Counted from the first letter of the stretch, positions 8,425 through 19,449 are shown. The stretch is 64,000 nucleotides of DNA from an uncultured virus (IMG/VR IMGVR_UViG_2931768940_000002) (IMGVR_UViG_2931768940_000002); one strand, 5' to 3'. Notes: generated by a model not told the origin, from the letters alone. Made by a program: numbers and translations.

Positions 8425-9354
8425 TCAGGAGACGACGGTGAAGCCGTGCTTCTTGCCGAGGGCGGTGAGGCTGGCCTTGCCGGGGATGCCGTCGGCCTCC
8501 TTGCCGCGGTAGTTGCCACCCGCTGCGGACCGCTGCCAAGCGGCGTAGGCGGTGACGGTGGTCGTGCCGTAGTGCCCGTCGGAGTAGCGCTTGCTGAGCA
8601 GTCCTGCGTCGACGAGGGCAGCCTCGACGACCTTGACCCCGGAGTAGGTGACCGGAGTTCCGGCCGCTTTCGGGTTGGACTTGGCTGCGGCAACCAGCTG
8701 CGACAGGTCGACGACCGGGGCCTTGGGCGGAGGAGTCTGGGTGACCGGCTTTTCCGGCGCCTTCTTCCCGAGGCGCTTGTCGACGCGGGCCTGCATGGCA
8801 GGCCAGTCGATGCCACGGGGGTCGACCTTGCCGGGCTGCCAGTCGAGGTGGCGAATGACGGACTTCACGGACCAGCCGTGGGCGCGGCAGAGTGCGGCGG
8901 CGACCTTTTCGATAGCGAGGAGCTGGGCCTCGGGCCAGGGGTCCTGGCCGTCGCCGAGGTTCTCGCACTCGAACCCGTAGAAGTGCCGGTTGCCATCGAC
9001 CGTGGCCTCGTTGTCGGTGGGCGGGGTGCGTTCGGCGATGACGGCAGCGAGGACGAACGGATCGCCGAGGCCAGCGTGGTTTGCGCGCCCGTATCCGACC
9101 AGGTGTACCCGGCCGTCCTTTGCGATCATGCCGTGACAGAGGGGGCCGGGCAGCCCAGAGTAGCCGTCCTTCACGATGCGGACCGTGGTCGACGTCCCCT
9201 TCGTCACGGTGTGGTGCATCATCACGCCGTGGACGGGGCCCCAAGGGCCCTTGTGGTTGCGGTTGTGGGTGCGCCAGGACCCGGACTCGATGACGTCGAG
9301 ACCCTCGTCGAGGAGAGCGGTCAGGAATCTGTCGGCGGCGAGCGGTGTGGCCAT
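8425..9354 (-). CDS. Endolysin, N-acetylmuramoyl-L-alanine amidase with a peptidoglycan-binding domain
   Basis: HHT, GRANHAG, GFECEN, HLDW...KVDP; C-terminal DGHYG...ADGIPG. Confidence 0.9.
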   Translation of the reverse strand: MATPLAADRFLTALLDEGLDVIESGSWRTHNRNHKGPWGPVHGVMMHHTVTKGTSTTVRIVKDGYSGLPGPLCHGMIAKDGRVHLVGYGRANHAGLGDPFVLAAVIAERTPPTDNEATVDGNRHFYGFECENLGDGQDPWPEAQLLAIEKVAAALCRAHGWSVKSVIRHLDWQPGKVDPRGIDWPAMQARVDKRLGKKAPEKPVTQTPPPKAPVVDLSQLVAAAKSNPKAAGTPVTYSGVKVVEAALVDAGLLSKRYSDGHYGTTTVTAYAAWQRSAAGGNYRGKEADGIPGKASLTALGKKHGFTVVS

Positions 9355-9370
9355 GAGGGCCTCCAGACAT

Positions 9371-9399
9371 GCAAAAGGCCCCGGCCGTTGGCTCGGGGC
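9371..9399 (-). terminator. Hairpin plus T-tract between the tail and lysis genes
   Basis: GCCCCG...CGGGGCC-TTTTG on the minus strand. Confidence 0.5.
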
Positions 9400-9417
9400 A
9401 GGAGAGGTTCGGTGAGG

Positions 9418-9966
9418 TCAGGCGGTCGGTTCGGGCTCCGGCACGGTTACCGTCTGGGCCGCCCAGCGGCGGACGATGAGCTGCCCGTACCCGGCGTCGA
9501 CGGTCAGGACGTCGCTGCCGCCGTTCGCTTTCCAAGCAGTGGAGTGCGCGTCGCCGCGGAAGCAGATCGCCAGGCGATGCCCGGGCGGGTGGTCGTCGGG
9601 GACCCGGTGCAGGGTGCTGATGTGCAAAGGCATGTGGTGCCTCGTGGGGTCGACGTTGTCGCCCATCAACTGGGAGATCCGCCACCACGGGCCGGAGCTA
9701 CGGGCAGGGTCGGTGTAGGAGTACGCCCACAGATGCCATCCCACGCCGACCGTGTACCGGGTGCCGGACGGGTAGCCGGCGTTGTTCGAAACCCGTGCGT
9801 CTCCGGAGATGTCGAGGAGGTCGCCCGGGTACAGCGGCCCGGTGATCACCCGGTACAGCAGGCGGTACGTGTCCGACGGCAGGTCGATCGGGATGGATGC
9901 GGTCTGTACGTCGTCGGATGCCTGGACCCCGACCAGGGTCAGGCCAGTGCTCGCAAGGGTGGTCAC
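9418..9966 (-). CDS. Minor tail or hypothetical virion protein
   Basis: AGGAG ribosome-binding site; last gene of the tail cluster. Confidence 0.6.
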   Translation of the reverse strand: MTTLASTGLTLVGVQASDDVQTASIPIDLPSDTYRLLYRVITGPLYPGDLLDISGDARVSNNAGYPSGTRYTVGVGWHLWAYSYTDPARSSGPWWRISQLMGDNVDPTRHHMPLHISTLHRVPDDHPPGHRLAICFRGDAHSTAWKANGGSDVLTVDAGYGQLIVRRWAAQTVTVPEPEPTA

Positions 9967-9973
9967 GGTTCTC

Positions 9974-10609
9974 CTACTGCTCGTCGACGGTGAAAACTGC
10001 GGGGAAAGCTGCGCTGGCGGTGAGGTCGACGGTTCCGGAGCCGACCCCGTTGATCGTCACAACCCATGTCGTGGTGCCCGCACCAGGAGTGTCCACCCCG
10101 TAGGCGCTGGCCGTTTCCCCTGTGGAGACGACCTTCGTGAACAGGACGCCTCCGCCGACCTGGGTCCCTGACGTGGTGGTGCCCCGCCGGATGAGGAGGT
10201 CGATCCGGTCGTTGACGAGCGTCGACCGCAGCAGGCCGGACGCCTGCAGCAGGTACGTCGTCCCCGCCTTTGTTGGCATGGTGATGGACAGCCCGGTGAG
10301 GATCTCACCGCTCGTCGTCCCCGTGCTCGAGGTCAGCGTGGCGAAGGCCTTTGCCTTCAGCGGCACTTCCACCCAGATGCTGCCGTCGTACACGTACTTC
10401 TTGTTGACGTCCTGCAGCCAGGACTCCATCCCCTCAACCGGGGCGGCGACGCCGGCCAGGGCCGCGGTGCGGGCCGACGCTGAGGCGAAGCGCAGGTTCG
10501 ACCGGGAGACGATCGCGTTGGCGATGTTCTTCGCCAGGGTCTCCGCATCCGGCGGGTCAGTCAGTGTCGCTATGGACACGCCTTGCGAGTAGTCGTCCGT
10601 CGTGGACAC
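9974..10609 (-). CDS. Minor tail protein
   Basis: RFASASAR...PVEGMESWL...YVYDGS.W motif typical of actinophage minor tail proteins. Confidence 0.75.
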   Translation of the reverse strand: MSTTDDYSQGVSIATLTDPPDAETLAKNIANAIVSRSNLRFASASARTAALAGVAAPVEGMESWLQDVNKKYVYDGSIWVEVPLKAKAFATLTSSTGTTSGEILTGLSITMPTKAGTTYLLQASGLLRSTLVNDRIDLLIRRGTTTSGTQVGGGVLFTKVVSTGETASAYGVDTPGAGTTTWVVTINGVGSGTVDLTASAAFPAVFTVDEQ

Positions 10610-10637
10610 AGAGCCTCCTGACCAGCCTGCTTGAGGC

Positions 10638-11231
10638 TCAGAGAGTGGAGAATCGGGAGTTGAGCGTGATGAAGGTGACGGTTCCGGCGGGCAAGTTCAC
10701 GAAGCGCACCTGACCCAGGTTGTTGACCGTGAGCTGCCTGGTCACGTTGCCGTTCATGACCTGGCCGATCATCTGCGTGGCGGTCGGCCAGCAGCCGGAT
10801 GGCAGCGTGAAGACCGCGGACGTGCCGGTGACCGAGGTGGCTCCCGTACCGACGACGCCCTCGATACTGACGTCACCACACGCGTACAGGCGGTACCTGG
10901 CCGGCTGGTACCCCGAGCCGAAGTTTGCCCACGGGGAGGTAAGAGCCGGGGCGACCCAGCCGTCTCCGGTGGTGGGTACCAGGCGCCCTTCGGCGATCCA
11001 GCTACCCGCGCCGGACTGAGCGATCCGTATCTGATCACCGACGAGCGGCGCCTCGTAGGCGGCAGTACGGCGCGCAACAATGCCGTCCGTGGTGGTGATC
11101 GTGCCGTCCGCCCCGACAGTGGCGACGACGGCCATCCGCCAGTCCCCGCCGCGGACCGCCGGGGTAGCCGCCCCCTGCTCCACGGCCAGCTGTGCGATGG
11201 CGTCTGCCATCGACTGGGCTTGCCCCGCCAT
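10638..11231 (-). CDS. Minor tail protein
   Basis: N-terminal spike-like segment and C-terminal FTLPSGCWP beta domain; TGATG overlap. Confidence 0.7.
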   Translation of the reverse strand: MAGQAQSMADAIAQLAVEQGAATPAVRGGDWRMAVVATVGADGTITTTDGIVARRTAAYEAPLVGDQIRIAQSGAGSWIAEGRLVPTTGDGWVAPALTSPWANFGSGYQPARYRLYACGDVSIEGVVGTGATSVTGTSAVFTLPSGCWPTATQMIGQVMNGNVTRQLTVNNLGQVRFVNLPAGTVTFITLNSRFSTL

Positions 11232-12328
11232 CAGGCGTCCTCCTTCGCGCCGATCGTGGCGATCGGGAAGTCGCCGCCAGGCTCAAGCGGCACGGAGAAG
11301 GACGCGGCCTGGTGCAGTTCTCTGAGTCCGTCGGGATGGGCTACGCGCAAGACGTCACCGGCGTCGAGCGCCGGGTTGGGCAGCGAGCTGAAATCCCCGG
11401 TTGCGTTCGGCGCCTTGGCTGCTCTCAGCTTCAGGAGTGCGGCAGCCTGCGCCGACGCACCGTTGATGATCGTCGCCGATGAGTAGAACGTGGGCCGCCG
11501 GCCGAAAGGGCCACCCCAGTAGGTGGGCGACCCAGGGTCATCATCGGTAGCGAGGTAGGACACGGCGGCAGCCCCGGTCTCTGTGCCCTCACCTCGCGCC
11601 ACAACTCCGTTGAAAACGCCGGCCGAGGACATGCCGCGCTTGGCCTTGAGGTAGACGCCGCCCTCGCCCGCCTCGACCGACCAGACCGGCTCAGCCGTCG
11701 ACAGGTCCGGCAGGGTACTGATGACGAAAGCGCCGTCAGCGTTCGTGTAGCACTCGGCGCCGGCAGCGGCAGCGATCTCCTGGACGGCGGCCCACGGATC
11801 GCCCTCAACATCCCAGGTGCGGGCCCCGATCGCCATGTCAGTGATGAGGGACACCACCTGGGCATCAGGGATCGACCTGAGGATCAGAGCGGTAATCGCC
11901 CCGACAACCGTGCCGGTCGCCCGGTACGGGGTCGTGAACTTGTCGTCCTGGACGATGCACTCGATGGCCTGGCCGGACAGGGTCACCGGTCCGAGAGTCG
12001 GGTCGCCGTCCACGCTGTCGAGGCGAAACAAACCGAGCGGCACGAGCTCTTGGGTGCCGTCGCCGAAGTCGATGCCCCGCGAGATCCGCAAGCGGGCCCC
12101 GTACACGGCGAGCTGATCCGAAGGCGACGTCGGGATGAGCGACACGTCCGCGGAAGTGACCGAGCAGGTTCGGCGGATCGCGGCTTTACAGTCCACCGGA
12201 ACCGATCCGCCCGTGTGCGGCAGATCAACAACCTGCCCGTCCGTCCGGAACAGCTGCACCTGAGTCACGATCGTGTGGGCCTGCGGGAGAGTCGCCAAAA
12301 ACCGTTTTGAGACCGGGTACACGCTCAC
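11231..12328 (-). CDS. Minor tail protein (DUF5047-like baseplate hub)
   Basis: YPVSKRFL start, ELVPLGLFRLDS, PNPALDAGD; second gene after the tape measure. Confidence 0.78.
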   Translation of the reverse strand: MSVYPVSKRFLATLPQAHTIVTQVQLFRTDGQVVDLPHTGGSVPVDCKAAIRRTCSVTSADVSLIPTSPSDQLAVYGARLRISRGIDFGDGTQELVPLGLFRLDSVDGDPTLGPVTLSGQAIECIVQDDKFTTPYRATGTVVGAITALILRSIPDAQVVSLITDMAIGARTWDVEGDPWAAVQEIAAAAGAECYTNADGAFVISTLPDLSTAEPVWSVEAGEGGVYLKAKRGMSSAGVFNGVVARGEGTETGAAAVSYLATDDDPGSPTYWGGPFGRRPTFYSSATIINGASAQAAALLKLRAAKAPNATGDFSSLPNPALDAGDVLRVAHPDGLRELHQAASFSVPLEPGGDFPIATIGAKEDA

Positions 12329-14562
12329 CCCCGCCTGTTCAGGAAGACGTCCTCCCACGTGGCGAACTCATCCCGTACAGCAGCCCACGAGGTGAACTCC
12401 GTGAGGATGTCCTGCCAGGTCCGGCCCAGGCTGCCGTTCACCCCGACAGTCGTAGGCACGTCGACCTCAGTCAGTGGAAGCGACCACTCCCGCCACTGCT
12501 CGGTCGCAGGGCCGCCGACTCTTCCTTCCGTGGGCTGGCCGACAGAAACGTACATGTCATCGACGCCCAACCCGGGAGCGGCCTGCCACAGGACAACGTG
12601 TCCTGGGTCGAGCAGGTAGTGGAGGGCTTTCCGTTCCTCATCAGTTCGGGTCCAGATGACGAGATCGCCCTCCAGGCCGCCCAGGACGTCGGACAGGACT
12701 ACGGCGTTGCGGCGGCCGGCCACCCGGTACACGCCGCGCTCCGCAGTTCGCTGCCAGTTCGGGGCGGCCTTCACCAAGACTTTGGTGTTGCGCTGCGGAT
12801 TGCCCGGATCCTTCAGCCAGGCCTCGTTGATGTCCGCGTGCGGAACCGTCACGGCGCCCGCGGTGCGGGTCTCGAGGCTTCCGTCCACCGGGTCGATGAG
12901 CTCCACGCTGTACGAGACAGGCACCAGGAGTGGCGCTTCGGCGTCCTCGATGACCATCAGGTCCGAGGTCGTCGCGACCGTGCCGTCCAGCAGCCCGGAC
13001 GGGCCACGGACCAGGGACCGGGCGCCGTCAGCCGTCACCCGGTACACGCGGATCAGGTCGCCGATCGTCAGCTCCCGCAGCGTCAATGTGACGGATGCTG
13101 TCGCCTCCACCGCCGCCACGGTGACGAGCGGGAGCGCCTGCCACAGAGCGACCCGGTCCACGTTGATGACGGAACTTGCTGCTGTGGCCATCAGCGTCAG
13201 CTCCACCGCGGCCTGCGTCGCACCGGCCGGGGCAGTCTGGTCCGTGGAGAGCAGCCACCAGCCAGGAGCAGGGGCGGCGCCTGCTGAAGTCGCGGTGAGC
13301 CCCAGATCTGTGTTCGCGGCGTCATACCAGCGGATGCCGCGGGTCACGGTCCAGCCGCCAGCGGTGACGGTCTCCCCGAACTGCAGCCGGAACCCCAACC
13401 CTGCCGCGCCCGCTGACAGCGGGAACCTTGCTGACCTGATGGTGCTGGCCGTGGCCGTGGCCGAGGAGATGGTCAGGGCATACGCGGACTCGAGCGCGAC
13501 ACTCCCCCAGGGTGTCGACCTTGCGATCGTCGCCACACCGGCGGTCTTGGTCCAGCCTGCGACGCCTTGCTCGAAGCTGGCATCCGCCATGGGTACGACG
13601 GACCCGGCTTGCAGGGTCGGCGCTGCGGTGACGACCGCCTGTTCTACCCGCATGACCTGGGCGGCGGTGGCGCTGTCGATACCTACGGCCAGGCGGCAGG
13701 TGACTGCCCCGGCCGGAGCGGAGGCCGATACGCGTTGCCGCTGGAACCCGGTCGACGCCGGGGCGAGCGTGGAGCGTGTCGCCGAAAGCTGCGTGCCGCC
13801 AGCGTTGAAGAACCGCAGCTCAATCCAGGTGTTCGACCCGGTGGTCGGCGGTGACAGGTGGGCGTAGCCGTAGTACTCGATGCCCGCCACTACCGACGGG
13901 TTCTCCGCAGTCACCGCAGACGCTGTGCCCGCCCCCACGGCGGTGAGCGCCAGGACATGGGCGCCTGCCCAGTACCAGTCGACCGCCCAGGTAGACATGG
14001 GGGCCTGCCTGCTGATGGTGGTGTTCGTTCCCGCGGTCCACGCCGAGGTGTCAATCTCCGGGGTCTCCGTGGCGAACGAGAAGAGGTTCCCTGTAGTCCT
14101 GAACGGTGCACCCAGGTAGACGTTCTCCCAGTAGTGCGAGACTGCGGCACCTGCGGCAGTGGACGACAGGATGATCCGGACCCGGGCAGCCCCCGCCGGC
14201 GCCACCCCCGCGACCCCGACCCGGTGCCAGGATGCCGAGGCGGATGCCGTCGGCAGTGACCACAGAATCGATCCGACAGTGGCCCCCAGACTGGTCAGCC
14301 ACTCCAGACCGATCCGCTCCACCTCGGTCGCCGACGACGAGTCCGCGAACACCTGGTAGACCTGGCCGACCGTCACCGGATACGCAGTGACGGTCTCGGC
14401 CTGCGTCTCGCCAGCCGCAACACTCCTCACGGCCAGGCACTTCGGCCCGTTGCGGCCACCCGTCCCGGACAGGAGGGTGCAGTTCAGACGCACCCGCCAC
14501 CCGGTATACGTCGGGTCCATCGACTCCGTGGCAGCTGCCAGCAGGTTCCCAGGGATCGCCAC
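12325..14562 (-). CDS. Distal tail (Dit-like) protein with three carbohydrate-binding-like repeats
   Basis: First gene after the tape measure; three repeats ending APAGA; C-terminal WLKDPGNP domain. Confidence 0.75.
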   Translation of the reverse strand: MAIPGNLLAAATESMDPTYTGWRVRLNCTLLSGTGGRNGPKCLAVRSVAAGETQAETVTAYPVTVGQVYQVFADSSSATEVERIGLEWLTSLGATVGSILWSLPTASASASWHRVGVAGVAPAGAARVRIILSSTAAGAAVSHYWENVYLGAPFRTTGNLFSFATETPEIDTSAWTAGTNTTISRQAPMSTWAVDWYWAGAHVLALTAVGAGTASAVTAENPSVVAGIEYYGYAHLSPPTTGSNTWIELRFFNAGGTQLSATRSTLAPASTGFQRQRVSASAPAGAVTCRLAVGIDSATAAQVMRVEQAVVTAAPTLQAGSVVPMADASFEQGVAGWTKTAGVATIARSTPWGSVALESAYALTISSATATASTIRSARFPLSAGAAGLGFRLQFGETVTAGGWTVTRGIRWYDAANTDLGLTATSAGAAPAPGWWLLSTDQTAPAGATQAAVELTLMATAASSVINVDRVALWQALPLVTVAAVEATASVTLTLRELTIGDLIRVYRVTADGARSLVRGPSGLLDGTVATTSDLMVIEDAEAPLLVPVSYSVELIDPVDGSLETRTAGAVTVPHADINEAWLKDPGNPQRNTKVLVKAAPNWQRTAERGVYRVAGRRNAVVLSDVLGGLEGDLVIWTRTDEERKALHYLLDPGHVVLWQAAPGLGVDDMYVSVGQPTEGRVGGPATEQWREWSLPLTEVDVPTTVGVNGSLGRTWQDILTEFTSWAAVRDEFATWEDVFLNRRG

Positions 14563-14564
14563 TG

Positions 14565-17500
14565 CTACCTCCTCCCCGCACGCAGCGTCTGGATGAGCTC
14601 ACCGTTGGATGCCTGGATCCGCCCGTCAGCGAGCGACTCGATGTGCGCGTTGAAGGAGCGGCCGTCCTCCAAGACGAGCTGCATCTGCTGCCCGTCCAGC
14701 GACACCGTGCCGCCCATCGCCCCACGACTGAGCGCGTTGGCCTGCTGCGTCGTGAAGACGGGCTCCGGGCGGCCTGTGCCGTTGTAGGCGAGGTTCAGCC
14801 CGGGCTGGAGGTAGCCGCCGGAGTCGTAGGTGCCCTTGTAGGCGTACCGGTGCGTGAAAAGGCTGTCCTTGTAGGAGCGGGCCTTGGAGCCGATGACGAC
14901 ACCGTCGCCGCCGCGGCTTTCGACGTTGACGCCGTTCAGGGTGCCCGCCGTGTGGCCGACACCAGCATTCGTGATGCCGATCATGTACGGGGATTTGCCG
15001 TTCAGCTGCCACCCGGAGGGGGCTGTCTTCCCGGAGAAGCTGCCGGTCGCCCAACGGCGGTGAGGTTTCTGCCCGCGGATCACGGACTCGATCGCGGACA
15101 CCAGACCGGAGCAGTCCCAGGACGGGTTGCCGTTCCCACCCCATTGGTACGGCTTGCCGTGCTGGGTCTTGGCCCACTTCAGGCCGGACTTGAACCCGCC
15201 TCCGCCAATACCGGCAGCCTGCAGCTTGGTGTCAGCGTCCCCACCGAAGCCAACAATCGTCTTCACGATCTTCTTCGGGATGCCGGTCACCATGTTCCTG
15301 TACGCGGAGGCCGACCCCGAGATCTTGTCGAGCAGCGGCTTCACCACCTTGTTGAGACCAGCCTGCGCGGACGCCTTGATACCGTCCTTCATCCAGCTGA
15401 TCCCCGACTTCGCGAGGTCGACGGTCTTCGACGCGGCGTTGCCGACCCAGTCGAAGATGCCGCCCTTCGCGAACCCCTGATAGGGGGCGAGGGACTGGCC
15501 GCGCATCGCCGCCTGGTTGACGGCGTGAAGCCTGGCCCGCTCATACGGGTTCCGCATGGCCTCGGAGACGTAGACGCCCTCGCCGCGACGCATCGGCACC
15601 AGCTGGTCGTCACCGTTCCGATAGGACGAGGTTCCCGGCAGGATGCCACCGCGAGCCCAGCCCTCAGTCTCCATCTTCTTGATCTTCGGAGCGCCGAACA
15701 CGTCAGCGATCAGGTTCCACGTCGGCACGATGCCCGCGTTGTAGATCTTGTCGATGATGAACCGGACAGGCTTCTTCGCAATGTCCTGGACCTTCGACCA
15801 GGCCTTCCCGATGAAGTCCTTCGCGTCCTCGAAAGAGTCACCGACGCCCTTGATGCCCTTCTTGATCCAGTCGAAGGCGGGCTTCAGCGCCTTGTCGTAC
15901 AGCCACTTCGCCTTATCGCCGATCCAGTTGAAGACCGGGGAGACATAGGTGTTCCACAGGTCCTTGATCTTCGTTCCGACAAGACCGGCGCCGACCTTGA
16001 TGAAATCCCAAGCGGGCTTGATCTTCTTGTTCCACAGCCACGACGCCTTGTCACCGATCCACGTGAAGATCGGGCGAACGTAGGTGTTCCACAACTCGGC
16101 AATCTTCGCGCCGACCAGGATCGCACCAAGGCGAATGAAGTCCCACGCCGGCTTGATCCTCTGAGTCCACAGCCAGGAAGCCTTGTCCCCGATCCACGTG
16201 AAAACAGGCGACAGAACCTCAGCCCACAGCCACGACGCAATCGCAGCAATGGCCTTGAAACCGATGATCCAAGGACCGACCAACAGAAACGCGTAGATGG
16301 TGGCCAGGACCTTGATTGCGGTCCAGATGAAGCTGAACACCGGGCCCAAGACACCCCAGAGCCACGTAGCCCACGTGCCGATCACTTTGAGGCCGGCCCA
16401 CATGCCATCGAAAGCGGGCTTGATGAAAGCCCAGGCGGCAGCGATACCCGACTTGATCCCATTCCAGACCGCATCCACTGCAGTGCGGAACCAGGTGAAG
16501 TTCTTGTACGCATAGACGACAGCCGCAACAAGCGCGACAACACCAATGATGATCAGCGTGATCGGGTTCGCGGCCATGACCAGGTTGAAAGCGATCATTG
16601 CCAGGGTCCACAGCTTCGTGACAACCCACACCGCGTAAAACAACTGGATCAGCCATGGCAGATCACGGGCGATGTCCGCAATCGCACGGGCGACAGCACC
16701 CAGCACCTGCATCACCGGGCCGGAAAGCGGCGAGACAGCCTTCGCCATCTGGTAGAACGCAGAGCTGATGTCGCCGATCGCCTCAGCAAGCACCGGCCCC
16801 ATCCGGGACGAGTAGGCGAGGAACCCCTCGAACTTCTCCGACCCCTTCAGGTTCGTACCCCACGTCGCGAACCGGCCAGTGATCTCCTGCATCCGCCGAG
16901 AGATCGACTCCATGTGCGGCAGGAACGCCTGGATGATCCCGGCCATCCCCTTGAAAACGCGGCCAAAGGAAGCGCCCACACCGACGAGCGCGGGCTCCAC
17001 AGAGCCCGCCAGATCCTGCTTGAACTCCCGCCACCACGGCGACCTGAAGCCGGCCGACACCCGATCCTGAAGCGTGCCGATCGCCCGCGCCGCAGCCAGA
17101 ACGAACGGCGTCAGCCCAGGCAGACTGTTCTTGATGCCCTCGAGAGCCCGAGTGAACAGAGGCATCACCTGCGGCTGCAAAGCACGCGACCACTCCGTGA
17201 ACGCCGACTTCAGCGACACGAACGCGTTGAAAGTCCCCCTCGCCGCCGGCGTCAGCTTCGCCAGCTCAGCCTGATACTTCGCCTGCGCCAGGGCAGCCTG
17301 ATCCACACCCCCGGCCGCCGACTGCGACGCGGAGGCAATCTGACGCTGAGCCGACGCCACCGAGTCCGCCGCCGACTGCTGGGCCGCAGCCAGGGACTCC
17401 TGGGCACGCTGAACCGAACGAGCACCATCAGCCTGCGTCTTCGCAACGTTCCGCTGCGACTCGGCAACCTTCTCCTGCGCCGCAGCAATGTCCTGCTGGC

Positions 17501-19430
17501 TCTTCACCTGCTGCCGAGCAGCATCATCCCGAGCCTTCGCCAGAGCCTTGCCCTGATCAGCAACGCCCTTCTCCGCCTCAGCGATCCGCTCTTGGGCGGC
17601 CTTGACTGTCTCCGAGCCCTCGACGCCGGCCTTGTCAGCCTTCTTCTTCTCCGCAGAGAGGGCCTTCGTCTCGGCCTTCTGCTGCTTCAGGCGCTGCACC
17701 GCCTGGTCGTAGGCCAGCTGGGCACGCTGCTGCTCCACCAAGGACGCCAGAGCACCCTTGGCCTGCACCGCACGAAGCTTGGCAGCAGCCTCCTGCACGT
17801 CGAGGACGGCGTCCCGCTCCGACAGTTGGGCGTTCACCAGCTGGTCAGCCAGGTCCGCGAGTTCCTGTGCGGCATCCCGGCGGGCCTGCGTCAGATCCTG
17901 CTGCGCCTGGCGGGCTGTCCGCTGGGCGTCTGCCAGCGACTCCTCGGCCCGGGCCACCTGCTCAGCCGAATCCCGCTGCCGGTCCGCAGCCGACTGCACC
18001 GCATCCGCCAAAGACTGGCGGGCCTGCTTCACCTGCTGGGCGGCCTGCCGGTTCGCCTCCGCCGCCGAGCGCACCGCGTCGCCGACCGCCTGCTCAGCCT
18101 GACTGATCTGCCGGGCCGCATTACGGTGAGCCGTAGCCAACGACTGCTGGGCACCAGCCATCTGCAAAGCCTTCGACGCGCCCTGGCCGTTGGACTGGGC
18201 GCCCTTCAGTGTGGCTGCGGAAGCCGCATCCTGGGCGGCCTTCTGGGCCTGCAGAGCACCGGCAATGTTGATGATGGCCGGGGCCGCCACAGCGGCCAGA
18301 GCACCCAAGCCGACAGCCGCACTCGTCGCAGCAGCCGTGATGGCACCCAGGCCAGCAGCGGCAATCGGCAGGGCCGGGATGACTGCCAGGCCGGCGAATG
18401 CCGCCGTGAGGTGAAGGATCGCGCCGAGGGCACCCGTCGTGTTGACGTTGACGCGGGCCGTCTGGCCGTCCAGGCGGGTCACCATCGCCTGCACCACAGC
18501 CAGCTGAGCCATCGCGTTCGCGGCATCCACTCGCACGGCTACGTCCGCGTCGGACGCGGACAGCCGCTGGAGCCGCGCTTGAAGTTCGGTGATGCGGGCC
18601 AGAGCGGTGGCCGCGTCGATGTCGATGCCGACCCGCTGGTCCCCCAGAGCAGTCAGCTGCGCCCTCAGCGACGCAATCTCCGCCTGTGCCGGCGACGTGT
18701 CCGCACCGATGTTGATGTTCGGAAGGGACGCCTCAGCGGCCTGCACCTGCGCCCGCAGACGCTGCCCGAACGAGCCGTCCGTCTCCAGCCGAATATGCCC
18801 CGGGTTCGCGGAGATCCGGTCGATCTCCTCACGCACCGCGGCAAGCTCAGCCCGAGCCCTCGCCGTGTCCGCGCGCACCGTCACATCAGGGTGCGACGCA
18901 CCGAGGCGGCGCAACTGCTCCTCGATGTCGGTGATCTCCGCGCGGGCCGCAGCAGCGTCGATGTCAACGCCAATGCGCTTGCTGGCAAGGGTCTCCATGC
19001 GTGCCCGCAGGGCCTGCAGATCCGAGTCGGCTTCAGAGGTGTCCGCGCCGACCGTGACGTCCGGGAGGCTCCGGAAAGCGGCCTCAATCCGAGCGCGGGC
19101 CGCCCGGGCGAACGCCCCGCCCGTCTCCTCGCCCTGCCGCGTCGCCGCCGGACGGGCGGCTGCACCGCCCTGCCGGATGCCCTGTGTCAGGGACGTCCGG
19201 ATCTGGGCGGTGATCTGTGCTGCGATCTGCTGGCCGATCTGGCGGCCGATCTGCAGGCCGACGCCAGCGATCTGGGCCTGCATGGCCGGGCCGAACGCCC
19301 TGCCCGCCGCGTCACCGGCGTCGTTCCCGGCGCGGGTGGCAGCAGGGACCAGGGCGCCCTTCAGGCGCTGGTAGATGCCCCGGGTGTTCGGGATGACATC
19401 GACCTCGACCGAGCCGACACTGATCGCCAC
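14565..19430 (-). CDS. Tape measure protein with a C-terminal NlpC/P60 domain
   Basis: About 1620 aa, Ala-rich coiled coil, periodic W/F repeats; GKPYQWGG...DCSG...GHT; YDSGG...NGTGRPE. Confidence 0.93.
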   Translation of the reverse strand: MAISVGSVEVDVIPNTRGIYQRLKGALVPAATRAGNDAGDAAGRAFGPAMQAQIAGVGLQIGRQIGQQIAAQITAQIRTSLTQGIRQGGAAARPAATRQGEETGGAFARAARARIEAAFRSLPDVTVGADTSEADSDLQALRARMETLASKRIGVDIDAAAARAEITDIEEQLRRLGASHPDVTVRADTARARAELAAVREEIDRISANPGHIRLETDGSFGQRLRAQVQAAEASLPNINIGADTSPAQAEIASLRAQLTALGDQRVGIDIDAATALARITELQARLQRLSASDADVAVRVDAANAMAQLAVVQAMVTRLDGQTARVNVNTTGALGAILHLTAAFAGLAVIPALPIAAAGLGAITAAATSAAVGLGALAAVAAPAIINIAGALQAQKAAQDAASAATLKGAQSNGQGASKALQMAGAQQSLATAHRNAARQISQAEQAVGDAVRSAAEANRQAAQQVKQARQSLADAVQSAADRQRDSAEQVARAEESLADAQRTARQAQQDLTQARRDAAQELADLADQLVNAQLSERDAVLDVQEAAAKLRAVQAKGALASLVEQQRAQLAYDQAVQRLKQQKAETKALSAEKKKADKAGVEGSETVKAAQERIAEAEKGVADQGKALAKARDDAARQQVKSQQDIAAAQEKVAESQRNVAKTQADGARSVQRAQESLAAAQQSAADSVASAQRQIASASQSAAGGVDQAALAQAKYQAELAKLTPAARGTFNAFVSLKSAFTEWSRALQPQVMPLFTRALEGIKNSLPGLTPFVLAAARAIGTLQDRVSAGFRSPWWREFKQDLAGSVEPALVGVGASFGRVFKGMAGIIQAFLPHMESISRRMQEITGRFATWGTNLKGSEKFEGFLAYSSRMGPVLAEAIGDISSAFYQMAKAVSPLSGPVMQVLGAVARAIADIARDLPWLIQLFYAVWVVTKLWTLAMIAFNLVMAANPITLIIIGVVALVAAVVYAYKNFTWFRTAVDAVWNGIKSGIAAAWAFIKPAFDGMWAGLKVIGTWATWLWGVLGPVFSFIWTAIKVLATIYAFLLVGPWIIGFKAIAAIASWLWAEVLSPVFTWIGDKASWLWTQRIKPAWDFIRLGAILVGAKIAELWNTYVRPIFTWIGDKASWLWNKKIKPAWDFIKVGAGLVGTKIKDLWNTYVSPVFNWIGDKAKWLYDKALKPAFDWIKKGIKGVGDSFEDAKDFIGKAWSKVQDIAKKPVRFIIDKIYNAGIVPTWNLIADVFGAPKIKKMETEGWARGGILPGTSSYRNGDDQLVPMRRGEGVYVSEAMRNPYERARLHAVNQAAMRGQSLAPYQGFAKGGIFDWVGNAASKTVDLAKSGISWMKDGIKASAQAGLNKVVKPLLDKISGSASAYRNMVTGIPKKIVKTIVGFGGDADTKLQAAGIGGGGFKSGLKWAKTQHGKPYQWGGNGNPSWDCSGLVSAIESVIRGQKPHRRWATGSFSGKTAPSGWQLNGKSPYMIGITNAGVGHTAGTLNGVNVESRGGDGVVIGSKARSYKDSLFTHRYAYKGTYDSGGYLQPGLNLAYNGTGRPEPVFTTQQANALSRGAMGGTVSLDGQQMQLVLEDGRSFNAHIESLADGRIQASNGELIQTLRAGRR

Positions 19431-19449
19431 GGGAGCCTCCTCCCGCGCG

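Noticed and set aside
15860..16250. DNA tandem repeats as a diversity-generating or regulatory array
   Set aside because: They encode the periodic W/F repeats of the tape measure protein; no reverse transcriptase is seen
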